IMG/VR virus record: IMGVR_UViG_3300045988_122072
Coordinates: 32,001 to 96,000 of that record
Direction: 5' to 3' (one strand)
Length of the DNA: 64,000 nucleotides
Source: a virus
Position numbers and translations under genes: made by a program. Under the pieces are notes generated by a model, which was not told the DNA's origin, ran no database searches, and saw only the letters and a list, made by a program, of their open reading frames with translations. Shown piece by piece: positions 35,464 to 45,068 of the stretch; position 1 is the stretch's first letter; the number at the start of each line of letters is the position of its first letter.

Positions 35464-36444
35464 ATGAACGGAAGACTTGAAGCTGAATTAAATAAACAAA
35501 AGTTAATTAAAGACAAACTTAAATATTTGCCTAAAGTTTTCGAAGAATTTTATTATTACATGGATGAAGATGATAGATCATATAATACTATTGAGCATTA
35601 TATTGATTATAATGTAGAATTTATGAACTATATTACAAACGGAAATAAAGATGAATATTATTATAAAAATGTAAATTCAACGCACATCAAACAATTTATT
35701 AGTTCACAACGTACTAAAGAAATTAATGGAGAGCTGGTTAGAATCGGTGATAGCATTTTGGCTACAAAATTTTCAGCTATTAAAAAATTCTTTTCATTTT
35801 TAATTGATTCAAATTATATTGATGAAAATCCGGTAGAAGGAGTTCGAAGACCAAAAGTTAAAACAGATCATACGGTTACATTTCTTGAAGAAAACGAAAT
35901 CAATAAGTTGTTTTCAAATATTAAAACAATGGCAAATGAAAGATTATTAAATAGAGATTTGTGTATGTTCTCTTTATTTATTTCTACTGGTCTTAGAAAA
36001 TCTGCGTTAGTGCAGATCAATGTGGAAGATGTTAATTTTAAGACAAATACAATTAAGGTAATTGAAAAAGGAAGAAAGGAAAGGTTGATTAGTTTTGGCG
36101 GAAATATGAGACAGCTTTTATTAAACTGGATTCAAGATAGAAGAGATTATTTTAAAGTAGAAGAAAGTGGGCCATTATTTGTTTCTCAATGGAATAATAG
36201 AATGTCTACAAAAAATGTAGAAATGTTGTTAGCGAAGTATCTAGATGGCGTGAGCGATAAACATATCACAGTTCATAAACTTAGGGCGACCGCTGCAACC
36301 CAAATGGCAGCACATGATGTCCCGGTTCAGGTTATAAAGGAAATGTTGAATCATGAAAATGTTTCTACAACAATGAGATATGTTGCTGCAATTGACAGCC
36401 AGAAGCAAGAAGCAGTCAATATTCTTGATAGCATCGTGAAATAA
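35464..36444 (+). CDS. tyrosine recombinase/integrase (XerC/D-like)
   Basis: 326 aa with GLRKSAL, HKLRATAATQM and LNHENVSTTMRYV (R-H-R-Y catalytic pattern). Confidence 0.85.
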   Translation: MNGRLEAELNKQKLIKDKLKYLPKVFEEFYYYMDEDDRSYNTIEHYIDYNVEFMNYITNGNKDEYYYKNVNSTHIKQFISSQRTKEINGELVRIGDSILATKFSAIKKFFSFLIDSNYIDENPVEGVRRPKVKTDHTVTFLEENEINKLFSNIKTMANERLLNRDLCMFSLFISTGLRKSALVQINVEDVNFKTNTIKVIEKGRKERLISFGGNMRQLLLNWIQDRRDYFKVEESGPLFVSQWNNRMSTKNVEMLLAKYLDGVSDKHITVHKLRATAATQMAAHDVPVQVIKEMLNHENVSTTMRYVAAIDSQKQEAVNILDSIVK

Positions 36445-36446
36445 TC

Positions 36447-36475
36447 TTGACTAAATTAATATTGTATTGTATAAT
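36447..36475 (+). promoter_or_regulatory. sigma-A type promoter
   Basis: TTGACT-17 nt-TATAAT. The spacer carries the 18-nt repeat AATTAATATTGTATTGTA. Confidence 0.55.
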
Positions 36476-36501
36476 GTAAACCATAGGGGAGTGAAAAGGA
36501 G

Positions 36502-37389
36502 ATGTTTGACAAAGAACAAAAAGAGGCATTTATAAAGGAATATTTAAAAAGTAAGGTAGTTGCAAAGACTAGCCTTTATGCGGTTTTCAGAAAGACGGAA
36601 CCATTTGAAGAGAAATTAAATAAAGATGTATCACAATTTACAAGAGAAGAAATATTGGATATGTTTGCGCAATTCAGAGCGAAATCTGTAAATTCATTAT
36701 TAAATTACGCCATCATATTGAAGCATTATTCACGTTTAATGCGTGGAGAAAATGAATATGAATCAATTACAAAGGCAGATGTTGTGGATCTCATTGATAA
36801 AAGCGGAAATATATTATTAAGTAGAGAAGAACTTGATGATATTGAAGCGCAACTTTTAAACTGGTCAGATAAAGCCATAGTTGAACTACTTTGGGAGGGT
36901 ATATCTGGCAAAAATATGATTGATATATATTCGGTCTCAGAAGAATGTATACAAGGTGATATGCTGTGCGTTAATGGAAAAGAATTTTATATGACTAACA
37001 GATTAAAAGAATTGTTACTAAAGGCTTTTGCCGAAACAGAGATCATGAGCTATGGCAATACAATGCGAATAGTTGAAGTAGAAGGCAAAGGAAGACTTTA
37101 CAAGGAAAGAGCAAATACTAGAGGCGTCGATTCTGACGATCAAAAATTCCGTTATTTCTATCGTCGTATTCAAATATTCAGAGAGTATTTAGATATACCA
37201 GGACTAACCATGAAGAATCTTAGCGCATCTGGAATGTTTTACTATATTCAACTTGGTATAAAGGAAACAGGTCTAGCGCTTAGAGAGTTTTTAAAAACTT
37301 CAAAAGGAAAAGAATTAGCAATTCAATATGGATTTGCAGAAGACTATTATGTTGATACGATAGCACAGAAATACGAGCAATATATTTAA
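36502..37389 (+). CDS. hypothetical protein (295 aa)
   Basis: Lies downstream of the promoter and adjacent to the recombinase. No motif recognised. Confidence 0.75.
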   Translation: MFDKEQKEAFIKEYLKSKVVAKTSLYAVFRKTEPFEEKLNKDVSQFTREEILDMFAQFRAKSVNSLLNYAIILKHYSRLMRGENEYESITKADVVDLIDKSGNILLSREELDDIEAQLLNWSDKAIVELLWEGISGKNMIDIYSVSEECIQGDMLCVNGKEFYMTNRLKELLLKAFAETEIMSYGNTMRIVEVEGKGRLYKERANTRGVDSDDQKFRYFYRRIQIFREYLDIPGLTMKNLSASGMFYYIQLGIKETGLALREFLKTSKGKELAIQYGFAEDYYVDTIAQKYEQYI

Positions 37390-37463
37390 TTATGTTGCTC
37401 ATTATTCAAATGCTTACAGTACAAAATTAATTAGGATATTGCAGGAAATATACGAACTAATGT

Positions 37464-37492
37464 TTGCATGTTATGGAAAAGTATAGTATAAT
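37464..37492 (+). promoter_or_regulatory. possible promoter
   Basis: TTGCAT-17 nt-TATAAT. Confidence 0.45.
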
Positions 37493-37529
37493 AGTAGTAC
37501 AAACTTTAGACGAAAAGGGGAGAAAAAAC

Positions 37530-37781
37530 ATGAGACAATTAATCAAAGCATTAAAAGAAATAGAGGGGGCAAATGTGGACATCCATACTGAGCATAAGCT
37601 CTTTGGTAAACAACATATTCAAATGAAGTTTGTACCTGAAACGGAAGCAGGATGGGGGTTCTGTGTGCGTGGACAGGCAATTTATATTGATAAAGATGAT
37701 ATTGTTTCATATGATATTGACAACGAAAAGGTGGAAATTAACGGAAAAATGATGCATATTAAAATTATTCCAAGGGCTTGA
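37530..37781 (+). CDS. hypothetical protein (83 aa)
   Basis: AAGGGGAGA SD before ATG 37530. Confidence 0.65.
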   Translation: MRQLIKALKEIEGANVDIHTEHKLFGKQHIQMKFVPETEAGWGFCVRGQAIYIDKDDIVSYDIDNEKVEINGKMMHIKIIPRA

Positions 37782-37805
37782 CAAATTGGAAATATGTGGT
37801 ATAAT
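37778..37805 (+). promoter_or_regulatory. sigma-A type promoter followed by operator-like palindrome
   Basis: cTTGACAAATtggaaatatgTGgTATAAT, then AAGGGCAC-N14-GTGCCCTT (37806-37835). Confidence 0.65.
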
Positions 37806-37883
37806 AAGGGCACAAGATAGGGGTCTGGTGCCCTTGTAACTAACATATTTGCAGAAAGGGGGAAGCTGGATGTCGGTTTGGAC

Positions 37884-38102
37884 ATGAGCGTAAGTATGAG
37901 CGAGAAATATTATTGGCAGTGTCAACGATGCGGGGATATACATGAGACACGTTTTGAATATAAAACAGAAAATATGTTTGTAGATTTATATTGTGGGCAA
38001 TGTGAAACGGAAACCCCGCAATTGTATGTTGGAACGGATTTATTAGAAAAATATTTGTATATGAACCCAAATTTCGATGAGCGATTTTTTATTTATGATT
38101 AA
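37884..38102 (+). CDS. small zinc-ribbon protein
   Basis: CQRCG...CGQC. Start uncertain (TTG 37878, ATG 37884 or ATG 37896). Confidence 0.6.
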   Translation: MSVSMSEKYYWQCQRCGDIHETRFEYKTENMFVDLYCGQCETETPQLYVGTDLLEKYLYMNPNFDERFFIYD

Positions 38103-38141
38103 CACAATACAAAATTAATTTAAAAGGAGATATAAAGGCAT

Positions 38142-39281
38142 ATGAATAATTTCAGTTTTGTAGGCTATCTACGTAAGGTAAAGGACAAGGAAAATTTTAA
38201 AGGATTCGAATCGAAAACTTACGACAGCGGGTGGATGTCAGAAAGAACAAGATTCAATATTGTATGTGGCGATTCAAGCCATCTGGTAGAAGTTAATGCA
38301 GGACGTTGGATTGACGAGTCGAAGAACGTTATCTACGGATTTACCAAGGGAGATGCCAATAAGAAGGGTGAAACTTTCCAAGTTCCTTGGAATCAGAGAA
38401 ATAATCCAGATATCATTGAAAAAATGGCAGGTTTCAAGATCATGACGATAGATCTCGACACATATCAGCACCGTAAGGACGTAGAAGATAGCGGTGATGC
38501 TGAGGCTATTGCTAAGTCTAATAGTAAGAGAAAGCATTTTCTTGCTGGCACTGAATTCTGTGAGTATGTAAATAAGCTAGTCAATAGTGACAAGATTGCA
38601 AATGTAAAATTTAGAGTTAACGGTAACGTAACCTATACATATAGCGAAAAGAATGATAGATATTATTCAACTTTTGAAGTGAATAAGATTTACAGAGTAG
38701 ATGATTCTGTTGAATCTTCAAGTGAAGTCAACATTGATTTTTATTTTGGCAATGATTGCGTTGATGCAGATGATTATGACGAAACAGGACACGCAATTGT
38801 TAATGGTTGGACTCCGTTCTACGATGGAAATACAAAGAAGAATTGGTATTGCCCAATCACTCTTGCAATGAGATTCGGAACAGACGATAAGGGAAAGAAG
38901 CAGCTAAAGGGATGGAAGAAAATTTTTGATAAGTTTGAAGATGAAGAAATTCGTAGAATCGTACTAACATGCGACCAGATTAATGGGGCACAAAAAGTAG
39001 ATATTTCTTATGATGACCTCGATGAAGATACACGAGATAATATTGATTTTGGAATTATCTCTCTAGAAGACGTTATTAGGGATCTTGGTGGTCAGATGTA
39101 TGGCGATAGAATTCAGGAAATTAGAATCAACAAGCCGGGTCGTGGCTTCACTAAGGGATCTGAAACTACTATGTATACAATTGATGATATGAACCAGAAG
39201 CCTGTAAGAGAGATTGCGGCGAAGGTTGAAGATAATGACGAAGAGGACGAGGATATCGATCTTTTTGATGACGAACTTTGA
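38142..39281 (+). CDS. putative single-stranded DNA-binding protein
   Basis: 379 aa at the head of the replication module. The acidic tail EDNDEEDEDIDLFDDEL is typical of SSB C-termini. The fold was not verified. Confidence 0.45.
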   Translation: MNNFSFVGYLRKVKDKENFKGFESKTYDSGWMSERTRFNIVCGDSSHLVEVNAGRWIDESKNVIYGFTKGDANKKGETFQVPWNQRNNPDIIEKMAGFKIMTIDLDTYQHRKDVEDSGDAEAIAKSNSKRKHFLAGTEFCEYVNKLVNSDKIANVKFRVNGNVTYTYSEKNDRYYSTFEVNKIYRVDDSVESSSEVNIDFYFGNDCVDADDYDETGHAIVNGWTPFYDGNTKKNWYCPITLAMRFGTDDKGKKQLKGWKKIFDKFEDEEIRRIVLTCDQINGAQKVDISYDDLDEDTRDNIDFGIISLEDVIRDLGGQMYGDRIQEIRINKPGRGFTKGSETTMYTIDDMNQKPVREIAAKVEDNDEEDEDIDLFDDEL

Positions 39282-39284
39282 TAA

Positions 39285-39307
39285 GTAGGGGGATTAATTC
39301 TCCCTAC
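39285..39307 (+). other. 9-bp hairpin after SSB-like gene (no T tract)
   Basis: GTAGGGGGA-ttaat-TCTCCCTAC. Confidence 0.4.
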
Positions 39308-39341
39308 AACACAAAATTAATTGATAAAAGGAGATAAGAAC

Positions 39342-40529
39342 ATGGCAAGAAAGTATGGACGTACATATAAACTAAGTAAGAATTTTGAAGATTATTCGTA
39401 TATCATTAACGGAATTGGTGGTATTGGTAAGACTACAATGGTTTATGAAATCGGTAAGCTAATCACTGGCAGTAATGAGGGCACATTTATTATCACTTGT
39501 GGCGTAGAAAATAAGCCAAAGCATATTGATGATGCATTCGGTGATGTTGCACCTGATTTTAAGACTTTTACTGACATTGTAAAGGAGCTTTGTGAAAACA
39601 AAGCAGATTATCCAGCAACCAAGTTCGTAGCTATTGATTCCATGGACGAATATGCAAGAATTACGGAGAATTATGTTGTGGCAGAGTGGAATAAGACTTG
39701 TGACATCAATGATAGAGCGAAGTCAATTTCTCAGGCTTACAAGGGATTCCAAAAGGGCGAGAACAGAGCTTGCGATTTGATGCTAAACCAGATCATGAAG
39801 CTACAAAATGCGGGTTATTCGCTACTACTCGTAGGCCACACAAAGACAAAACTCAAGGAAGACGTTATTACGAAGGTTCAATTTGAGCAACTTACATGTA
39901 ATCTTGATAACAAATATTATAACGCATTAAAGGACAAAGTGAATTTGGTCGTAATGTGTTATAACGAAAACGTTGTTGATAACATTGAGGAGAAGAAGAA
40001 TGCTTTTACTAAGAAGATGGAGAAGATTGGTCAGCTTACTGATCGTAAGAGAGTGATGGTCTTTGCAGATACGGAAAACGCCGTTGATTGTAAGAGCCAT
40101 TTCCCGTACATTGTAGCAAAAGCCGATTTTGGAGCCGCCAATTTTATTAAGGCAGTTAGAGATGCGCTTGAAGAACAGAGCAAGCATCCAAATTGCGAAG
40201 CCGATATTTCAAAAGTCAAGAAGCTAAACGCAAATGAAGAATCGCTTGAAGACCACGTAACCGTCACAAAGGAAGAAGCACAGGAGCTTCACGATATGGG
40301 AGCAGTTCTTCTAGACGATGAAGATGAGGATCTAGACTCTCCGCCTTTTGATGCAGATGATGATGAAGAGCCATTTGATGTAGAATCTGCCAAGGCAAAT
40401 TTACGCAGCCTTTTTAAAACTGGCACAGCAGAGCAGAAGAAGGCAGTAAAGGAAATCCGTGGCGATAAGACTTTAGCTCAGATTAGCGATCAAGAGACCA
40501 TTGAGAAGATGTTGGCGGTATTTGAATAA
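39342..40529 (+). CDS. AAA_24/Sak4-like ATPase
   Basis: Walker A GIGGIGKTT, Walker B FVAIDSMDE, and LLLVGHTK. Acidic C-terminal region. Confidence 0.65.
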   Translation: MARKYGRTYKLSKNFEDYSYIINGIGGIGKTTMVYEIGKLITGSNEGTFIITCGVENKPKHIDDAFGDVAPDFKTFTDIVKELCENKADYPATKFVAIDSMDEYARITENYVVAEWNKTCDINDRAKSISQAYKGFQKGENRACDLMLNQIMKLQNAGYSLLLVGHTKTKLKEDVITKVQFEQLTCNLDNKYYNALKDKVNLVVMCYNENVVDNIEEKKNAFTKKMEKIGQLTDRKRVMVFADTENAVDCKSHFPYIVAKADFGAANFIKAVRDALEEQSKHPNCEADISKVKKLNANEESLEDHVTVTKEEAQELHDMGAVLLDDEDEDLDSPPFDADDDEEPFDVESAKANLRSLFKTGTAEQKKAVKEIRGDKTLAQISDQETIEKMLAVFE

Positions 40530-40538
40530 ACAATTTAT

Positions 40539-40565
40539 GGAGGAGGTGGAGGTTCTGCCTCCTCC
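40539..40565 (+). other. hairpin GGAGGAGG-11 nt-CCTCCTCC
   Basis: Perfect 8-bp stem made of an SD-like sequence and its complement. Confidence 0.5.
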
Positions 40566-40593
40566 AATGTTTAGAAATATGAGTGAAAGGAGA

Positions 40594-41106
40594 ATGGAAA
40601 TGAGGCAAGTTAAATGCCGTAACTGTGGCACATTTATCAATAGAGACTCTGCCATTAGCGTCCAAAATGGAAAGGCAAAACTATGGTATTGCAATTCTTC
40701 GTGTTTAGAGCAAGCAACAAAAAATGCGTTAGAAACTGCAAAGAAAAAAGAAGAATATGACTCTATTTTTGAAGAGACGAAAGTTATATTTGGATATGAT
40801 TTTCAGGGATATAGTCTTCTAAAAAAAGAAGTTCAAAACTGGGAAAAACTCGCGAATAGAAATAAGATATTAAATTATCTTAAAGAAAACGAAAATTATT
40901 TATCTTCTATCTTGGCAAAAAAAGAATTTGCAAATGACTATAATAGAATAAGATATTATAGCGTTATTGTATCTTCAAAATTGCACGATTATCAAGGTAA
41001 AACAGAAGAGAAAGTTGTCCCGAAGGTTGATATGATTTTTTACGAACCAAGCCAAACGAGCAACAACAAACGTAGATCATTGGAGGACTTGGAGGATGAA
41101 TTTTAA
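40594..41106 (+). CDS. zinc-ribbon protein upstream of helicase (possible loader/organizer by position)
   Basis: 170 aa with GAAAGGAGA SD and CRNCG...CNSSC. Its stop overlaps the helicase ATG. Confidence 0.6.
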   Translation: MEMRQVKCRNCGTFINRDSAISVQNGKAKLWYCNSSCLEQATKNALETAKKKEEYDSIFEETKVIFGYDFQGYSLLKKEVQNWEKLANRNKILNYLKENENYLSSILAKKEFANDYNRIRYYSVIVSSKLHDYQGKTEEKVVPKVDMIFYEPSQTSNNKRRSLEDLEDEF

Positions 41107-42686
41107 TGAACAAAACAGATTTTATTAATGGAGTTTTTGAATTGTATGACGAGAGACTTTTAGAATCTAGATTAACAGAAGAAGGTAATGTTTGTGGATG
41201 TCTACTCAAATCATTACCTTTGTATGATGATTGTGGATTATCCTCTAAAGATTTCGTCACAAAATCAGGTCGGCTTTTATTTATAATTGGCAAACAAATT
41301 CGAGATAAAAAATATAGTGAGTTTGATGAAATAAGTTTTATTTCTAATACTAGTGAAGATGTTCGTAATAAAATTAATGATGAGTTTGGCGGGTTTAAGG
41401 CAATTCAAAATGTTATGGATGTTGTATCTATTAAAAACTACGATTCTTTTCTAGATGATTTGAATAAAAGCAATATTATTCTGTCGCTGTATAGGAAAAA
41501 TTTTAATGTTTTAGAAGAAATGACTTTAGATAACGGTAAAAGGGTAGTTCCATTTAATGTGTTTAAAAAACTAACTGCATCTGAGGTTATTGATTTTTAC
41601 GAAGGCACTTTAGCAACGCTTGATACAAAAATTAATTCTTCGAAAATTGTTGAAGAAGGTTATATTAGTTTCGGAGAAGATTTTGTAAACAGGCTAGTGA
41701 ATAAAGAGGAAATGGGTGTTAGTTTCGGATCTGCTGGGTTAGATATTTCTGGAAATGAAATTAGAACGTTCCCATTTATGTCAAACGATATTCTAGGATT
41801 AAAACATGGTACTTTATCATGCTGGTCGGCGCATTCCGGTGCAGGAAAATCAACCTATATGGTAACGGTGTGTATGTCATTAATTTCTCAGGGAGAACGT
41901 GTTACTGTAATTACTAATGAAAGCTCAAAGTCGGATGTAGAGGTACAGTTTTTAATTTGGCTTCTAACAAGATGTCTTGGCTATTGGAAAATTAATAAAA
42001 AGAAACTTGTATCTGGGAATTTAACAGACGAAGACCGTATTAAAATAAAAGAGGCACAGCAATGGTGGAATGAACATTATGCAAAATCTATTAAAGTGAC
42101 AAGTCTAAGTGATGCAGATGCAAGACTTACATGTCAAATTATTAAAAAGGATATTACTCGTGGCGGCTTTTCAACGTTTCTGGTAGATACTTTTAAGCTT
42201 ACTATTGATAATGGAAGCAACGATGCGGCGTGGATGAGTTTGATTAAAGATACAAGAAGTTTAACGGAGATTGCAATGAAATATAATGTTATTGGTCTTA
42301 TGACAGTCCAGCTTGCACTTAGTTCTTTAAATAGATGTTGGATTTCTTCAGACTGTCTCGCGGGGAGTAAAGCTATTAAGGAAACCCTGTCAAACTTGGT
42401 AATGTTCAAAAAAGTAACAGACATGGAACTTGACCCATCTTCTCCAGTTTTTATCCATCCATTTAGACATAAGCAAAAAGAAGATGGAACGTGGTATGAA
42501 GAAGAATTTTTCCCAGATAGGAGTAAAGTATGGAGATTATTTTTTATAGATAAATGTAGACGAGGCGCAGACTCTGGTGATACTGGAATTGCTTATTTGG
42601 TTAGATATGATGGGGACTTTTGTTGTTTTTATGAAACCGCGAAAGCAAGACCTACACATAAACTGATTAATACAGATGGTAGGTAA
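41106..42686 (+). CDS. dnaB: DnaB-like replicative DNA helicase
   Basis: 526 aa with Walker A SAHSGAGKST, Walker B FLVDTF, and RecA-like C-terminal domain organisation. Confidence 0.75.
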   Translation: MNKTDFINGVFELYDERLLESRLTEEGNVCGCLLKSLPLYDDCGLSSKDFVTKSGRLLFIIGKQIRDKKYSEFDEISFISNTSEDVRNKINDEFGGFKAIQNVMDVVSIKNYDSFLDDLNKSNIILSLYRKNFNVLEEMTLDNGKRVVPFNVFKKLTASEVIDFYEGTLATLDTKINSSKIVEEGYISFGEDFVNRLVNKEEMGVSFGSAGLDISGNEIRTFPFMSNDILGLKHGTLSCWSAHSGAGKSTYMVTVCMSLISQGERVTVITNESSKSDVEVQFLIWLLTRCLGYWKINKKKLVSGNLTDEDRIKIKEAQQWWNEHYAKSIKVTSLSDADARLTCQIIKKDITRGGFSTFLVDTFKLTIDNGSNDAAWMSLIKDTRSLTEIAMKYNVIGLMTVQLALSSLNRCWISSDCLAGSKAIKETLSNLVMFKKVTDMELDPSSPVFIHPFRHKQKEDGTWYEEEFFPDRSKVWRLFFIDKCRRGADSGDTGIAYLVRYDGDFCCFYETAKARPTHKLINTDGR

Positions 42687-42761
42687 AATAAATAAGAAAG
42701 GAGTATATTGTGATTATTAAAAAGAAACAATAAGAAAATAATTTATATATGGTAAAACATT

Positions 42762-44207
42762 ATGTCTAAGAAGAAAACACATGAAGAATATATATCAGAG
42801 GTACAAAAGAAAAATCCTAATGTAGAAGTAGTAGAGGAGTATCGAGGGAAAAGGGAAAAAATTTTACACAGATGTAAAGTTTGTGGACATCAATGGCCAG
42901 TATATCCAGGAAGTATTCTACAAGGATATGGATGCCCAAAATGTGGTAGAATTAAACAGGCAAACTCTAAGAAAATGTCACACGAAAAATACCTATCTAA
43001 ACTATCTAAACTAAATTCAAACATAGAAGTATTAGAAAAATATAATGGCATGTCTGTGCCTATACGGCATAGATGTAAAGTTTGCGGATATGGTAAGAAT
43101 GGGGAATGGAACCCTAAACCTTGTAATATTTTGCACGGAGATGGCTGCCCAGTGTGCTGTTTTCCCCCTAAAAAAATCGGCCAACCTCCAGAGTATAAAA
43201 ATAGTATATGGGCGAGTGAATATAAAAAATTAGCGGAGTATTATGGTATGGCAGAGGAGCAAATGAAAGAAATTATGCCCATGAGTCATAAAAATATAGA
43301 TATAAAATGCCCAAATTGTGGTAATATTAAATTAATAACTCCAATGCAGTTATTTAAAACAGGACTTAGTTTCTCAAAATGTTCAGACGGAATTAGTTAT
43401 CCTGAAAAATTTATGATATCATTATTAGATCAACTTCATTTTAAATATCAATTACAATATTCTCCTAATTGGGCAGATGATAAAAAATATGATTTTTATA
43501 TTCCAAATTATAATTGTATTGTCGAAACACATGGAGGGCAACATTATAAAGACCAAAAAAGAGGAAGGTCTCTAAAAGAAGAGCAAGAAAATGATCTATT
43601 AAAGGAGAATGTTGCGAGATTAAATGGCATTATAAAATATATTGTTCTTGATTGTAGAGAGTCAGTAGAAGAATGGATTAAAAATAGCATTATGAATAGC
43701 GATATACCAAATTTATTACATTTTACAGACAATGATATTAATTGGAGTAAATGTAATATAGACGCTTTAAGTAGTAAAGTTAAATATGCGGCAGTTTTAT
43801 GGAGCAATGGATTATCAATTGGTAAAATTGCAAAGAATATAAATGTAAATGCATGTACGGTAACAAGGTGGCTTAAAAAAGCGGCTAATTGTGGGATGTG
43901 TGATTATACGCCAGAAAAAAGTAAAAAAAGGCAAGGAGAATTAATGAGAGGAAGGACTGTCTCAGAAGAATCTAAGAGAAAAAATAGTGAATCACATAAA
44001 GGAGTTCAAACTGGTGAAAACGAGACAAAAGCACGCAAGGTAATTCGTTTAGTTGATTTTAAAATTTATGGCTGTCTTAATTATGCAGCACAAAATAACA
44101 ACATAAGCAATGTCACAATGCGAAATCGTTGTAAAGCTCACAAAGATTTTATGTACTACGATGAATGGTTGGCAGAACAAGAGAATTTGAAAGGAGAGGT
44201 ACTATGA
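42762..44207 (+). CDS. free-standing homing endonuclease-like protein
   Basis: Duplicated HRCKVCG...GCP(K/V)CG ribbons. Vsr/PD-(D/E)xK-like YDFYIPNYNCIVETHGGQHY. NUMOD3-like GRTVSEESKRKNSESHKG. Weak SD. Confidence 0.65.
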   Translation: MSKKKTHEEYISEVQKKNPNVEVVEEYRGKREKILHRCKVCGHQWPVYPGSILQGYGCPKCGRIKQANSKKMSHEKYLSKLSKLNSNIEVLEKYNGMSVPIRHRCKVCGYGKNGEWNPKPCNILHGDGCPVCCFPPKKIGQPPEYKNSIWASEYKKLAEYYGMAEEQMKEIMPMSHKNIDIKCPNCGNIKLITPMQLFKTGLSFSKCSDGISYPEKFMISLLDQLHFKYQLQYSPNWADDKKYDFYIPNYNCIVETHGGQHYKDQKRGRSLKEEQENDLLKENVARLNGIIKYIVLDCRESVEEWIKNSIMNSDIPNLLHFTDNDINWSKCNIDALSSKVKYAAVLWSNGLSIGKIAKNINVNACTVTRWLKKAANCGMCDYTPEKSKKRQGELMRGRTVSEESKRKNSESHKGVQTGENETKARKVIRLVDFKIYGCLNYAAQNNNISNVTMRNRCKAHKDFMYYDEWLAEQENLKGEVL

Positions 44208-44536
44208 ATGAAGTATATTTAAGTAAACAGACTGTAAAAGTACTAAAAGATTTATTAAAGAAAGAAAATAATGAATTTGGAGGGAAAGACATTCCAGAAA
44301 ATGAATATGAAAATATAGAAGAAGAAATAAAAGAATTAAAAGATGTTTCTTTTGTTAAAATTACTTGGTTGCCACAGATTAATGAAGTAGAAGATAGAAT
44401 ATATCGTATTCAGATAACACAAGATGGAAAGAGTTATTTTAAGAAACAAAGAGAAAATAAATTTAGATTTTGGTTCCCAACTATTATTTCTATCGGAGCA
44501 TTTATAATGTCTATCTTTAGTTTTATTTGTGCTTAA
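44204..44536 (+). CDS. hypothetical C-terminally membrane-anchored protein (110 aa)
   Basis: AAAGGAGAGG SD; ATGA overlap. Confidence 0.6.
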   Translation: MNEVYLSKQTVKVLKDLLKKENNEFGGKDIPENEYENIEEEIKELKDVSFVKITWLPQINEVEDRIYRIQITQDGKSYFKKQRENKFRFWFPTIISIGAFIMSIFSFICA

Positions 44537-44544
44537 TTCTCCTC

Positions 44545-44572
44545 TTGACAAACCGAAAATCTATGATATAAT
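44545..44572 (+). promoter_or_regulatory. sigma-A type promoter (family member)
   Basis: ctcTTGACAAACcgaaaatctaTGaTATAAT, then the leader box 6 nt downstream. Confidence 0.7.
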
Positions 44573-44605
44573 CATAGTACAAAATTAATTGGAAGGTGAT
44601 AATAA

Positions 44606-45031
44606 ATGAGTAACTACACCGCTTACAATGCCGACATTAAGATTATCAACTCAGAACTCACAGTAGATAAAAACAGAAACCTGACTAGCTTCGATGCACT
44701 ATGTGAATGCAACGGCAACCAGCTTGTGCTTACATATGTTGCTGATTCTGGCAACACTCCAGAAGATTGGTGCTTTGCAGTTTTGGACAATATGTACAAC
44801 AAAGCACTAGAATACCTATCTGACGCTCTAACAAATGAGGAAGATGTATTTGTTAATGCGTTTAGATATAAGGATTCGCCAACCGCATATGATATCTATT
44901 ATGGTTGCGAAGACCAGTTTGAAACTCCAGCAGATGCAGCAAGATGGGTTCTTGCGCATGGAGGCATCGAAAACATCGGGCATTATTATACTGAAACTAG
45001 AGACGGAAAGAAGACCGCAATTGAATTTTAA
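44606..45031 (+). CDS. hypothetical protein (141 aa)
   Basis: GGAAGGTGA SD. Confidence 0.7.
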   Translation: MSNYTAYNADIKIINSELTVDKNRNLTSFDALCECNGNQLVLTYVADSGNTPEDWCFAVLDNMYNKALEYLSDALTNEEDVFVNAFRYKDSPTAYDIYYGCEDQFETPADAARWVLAHGGIENIGHYYTETRDGKKTAIEF

Positions 45032-45068
45032 TATAAAGTAAATAATACAGAAAGGAGCTTGACAATGA

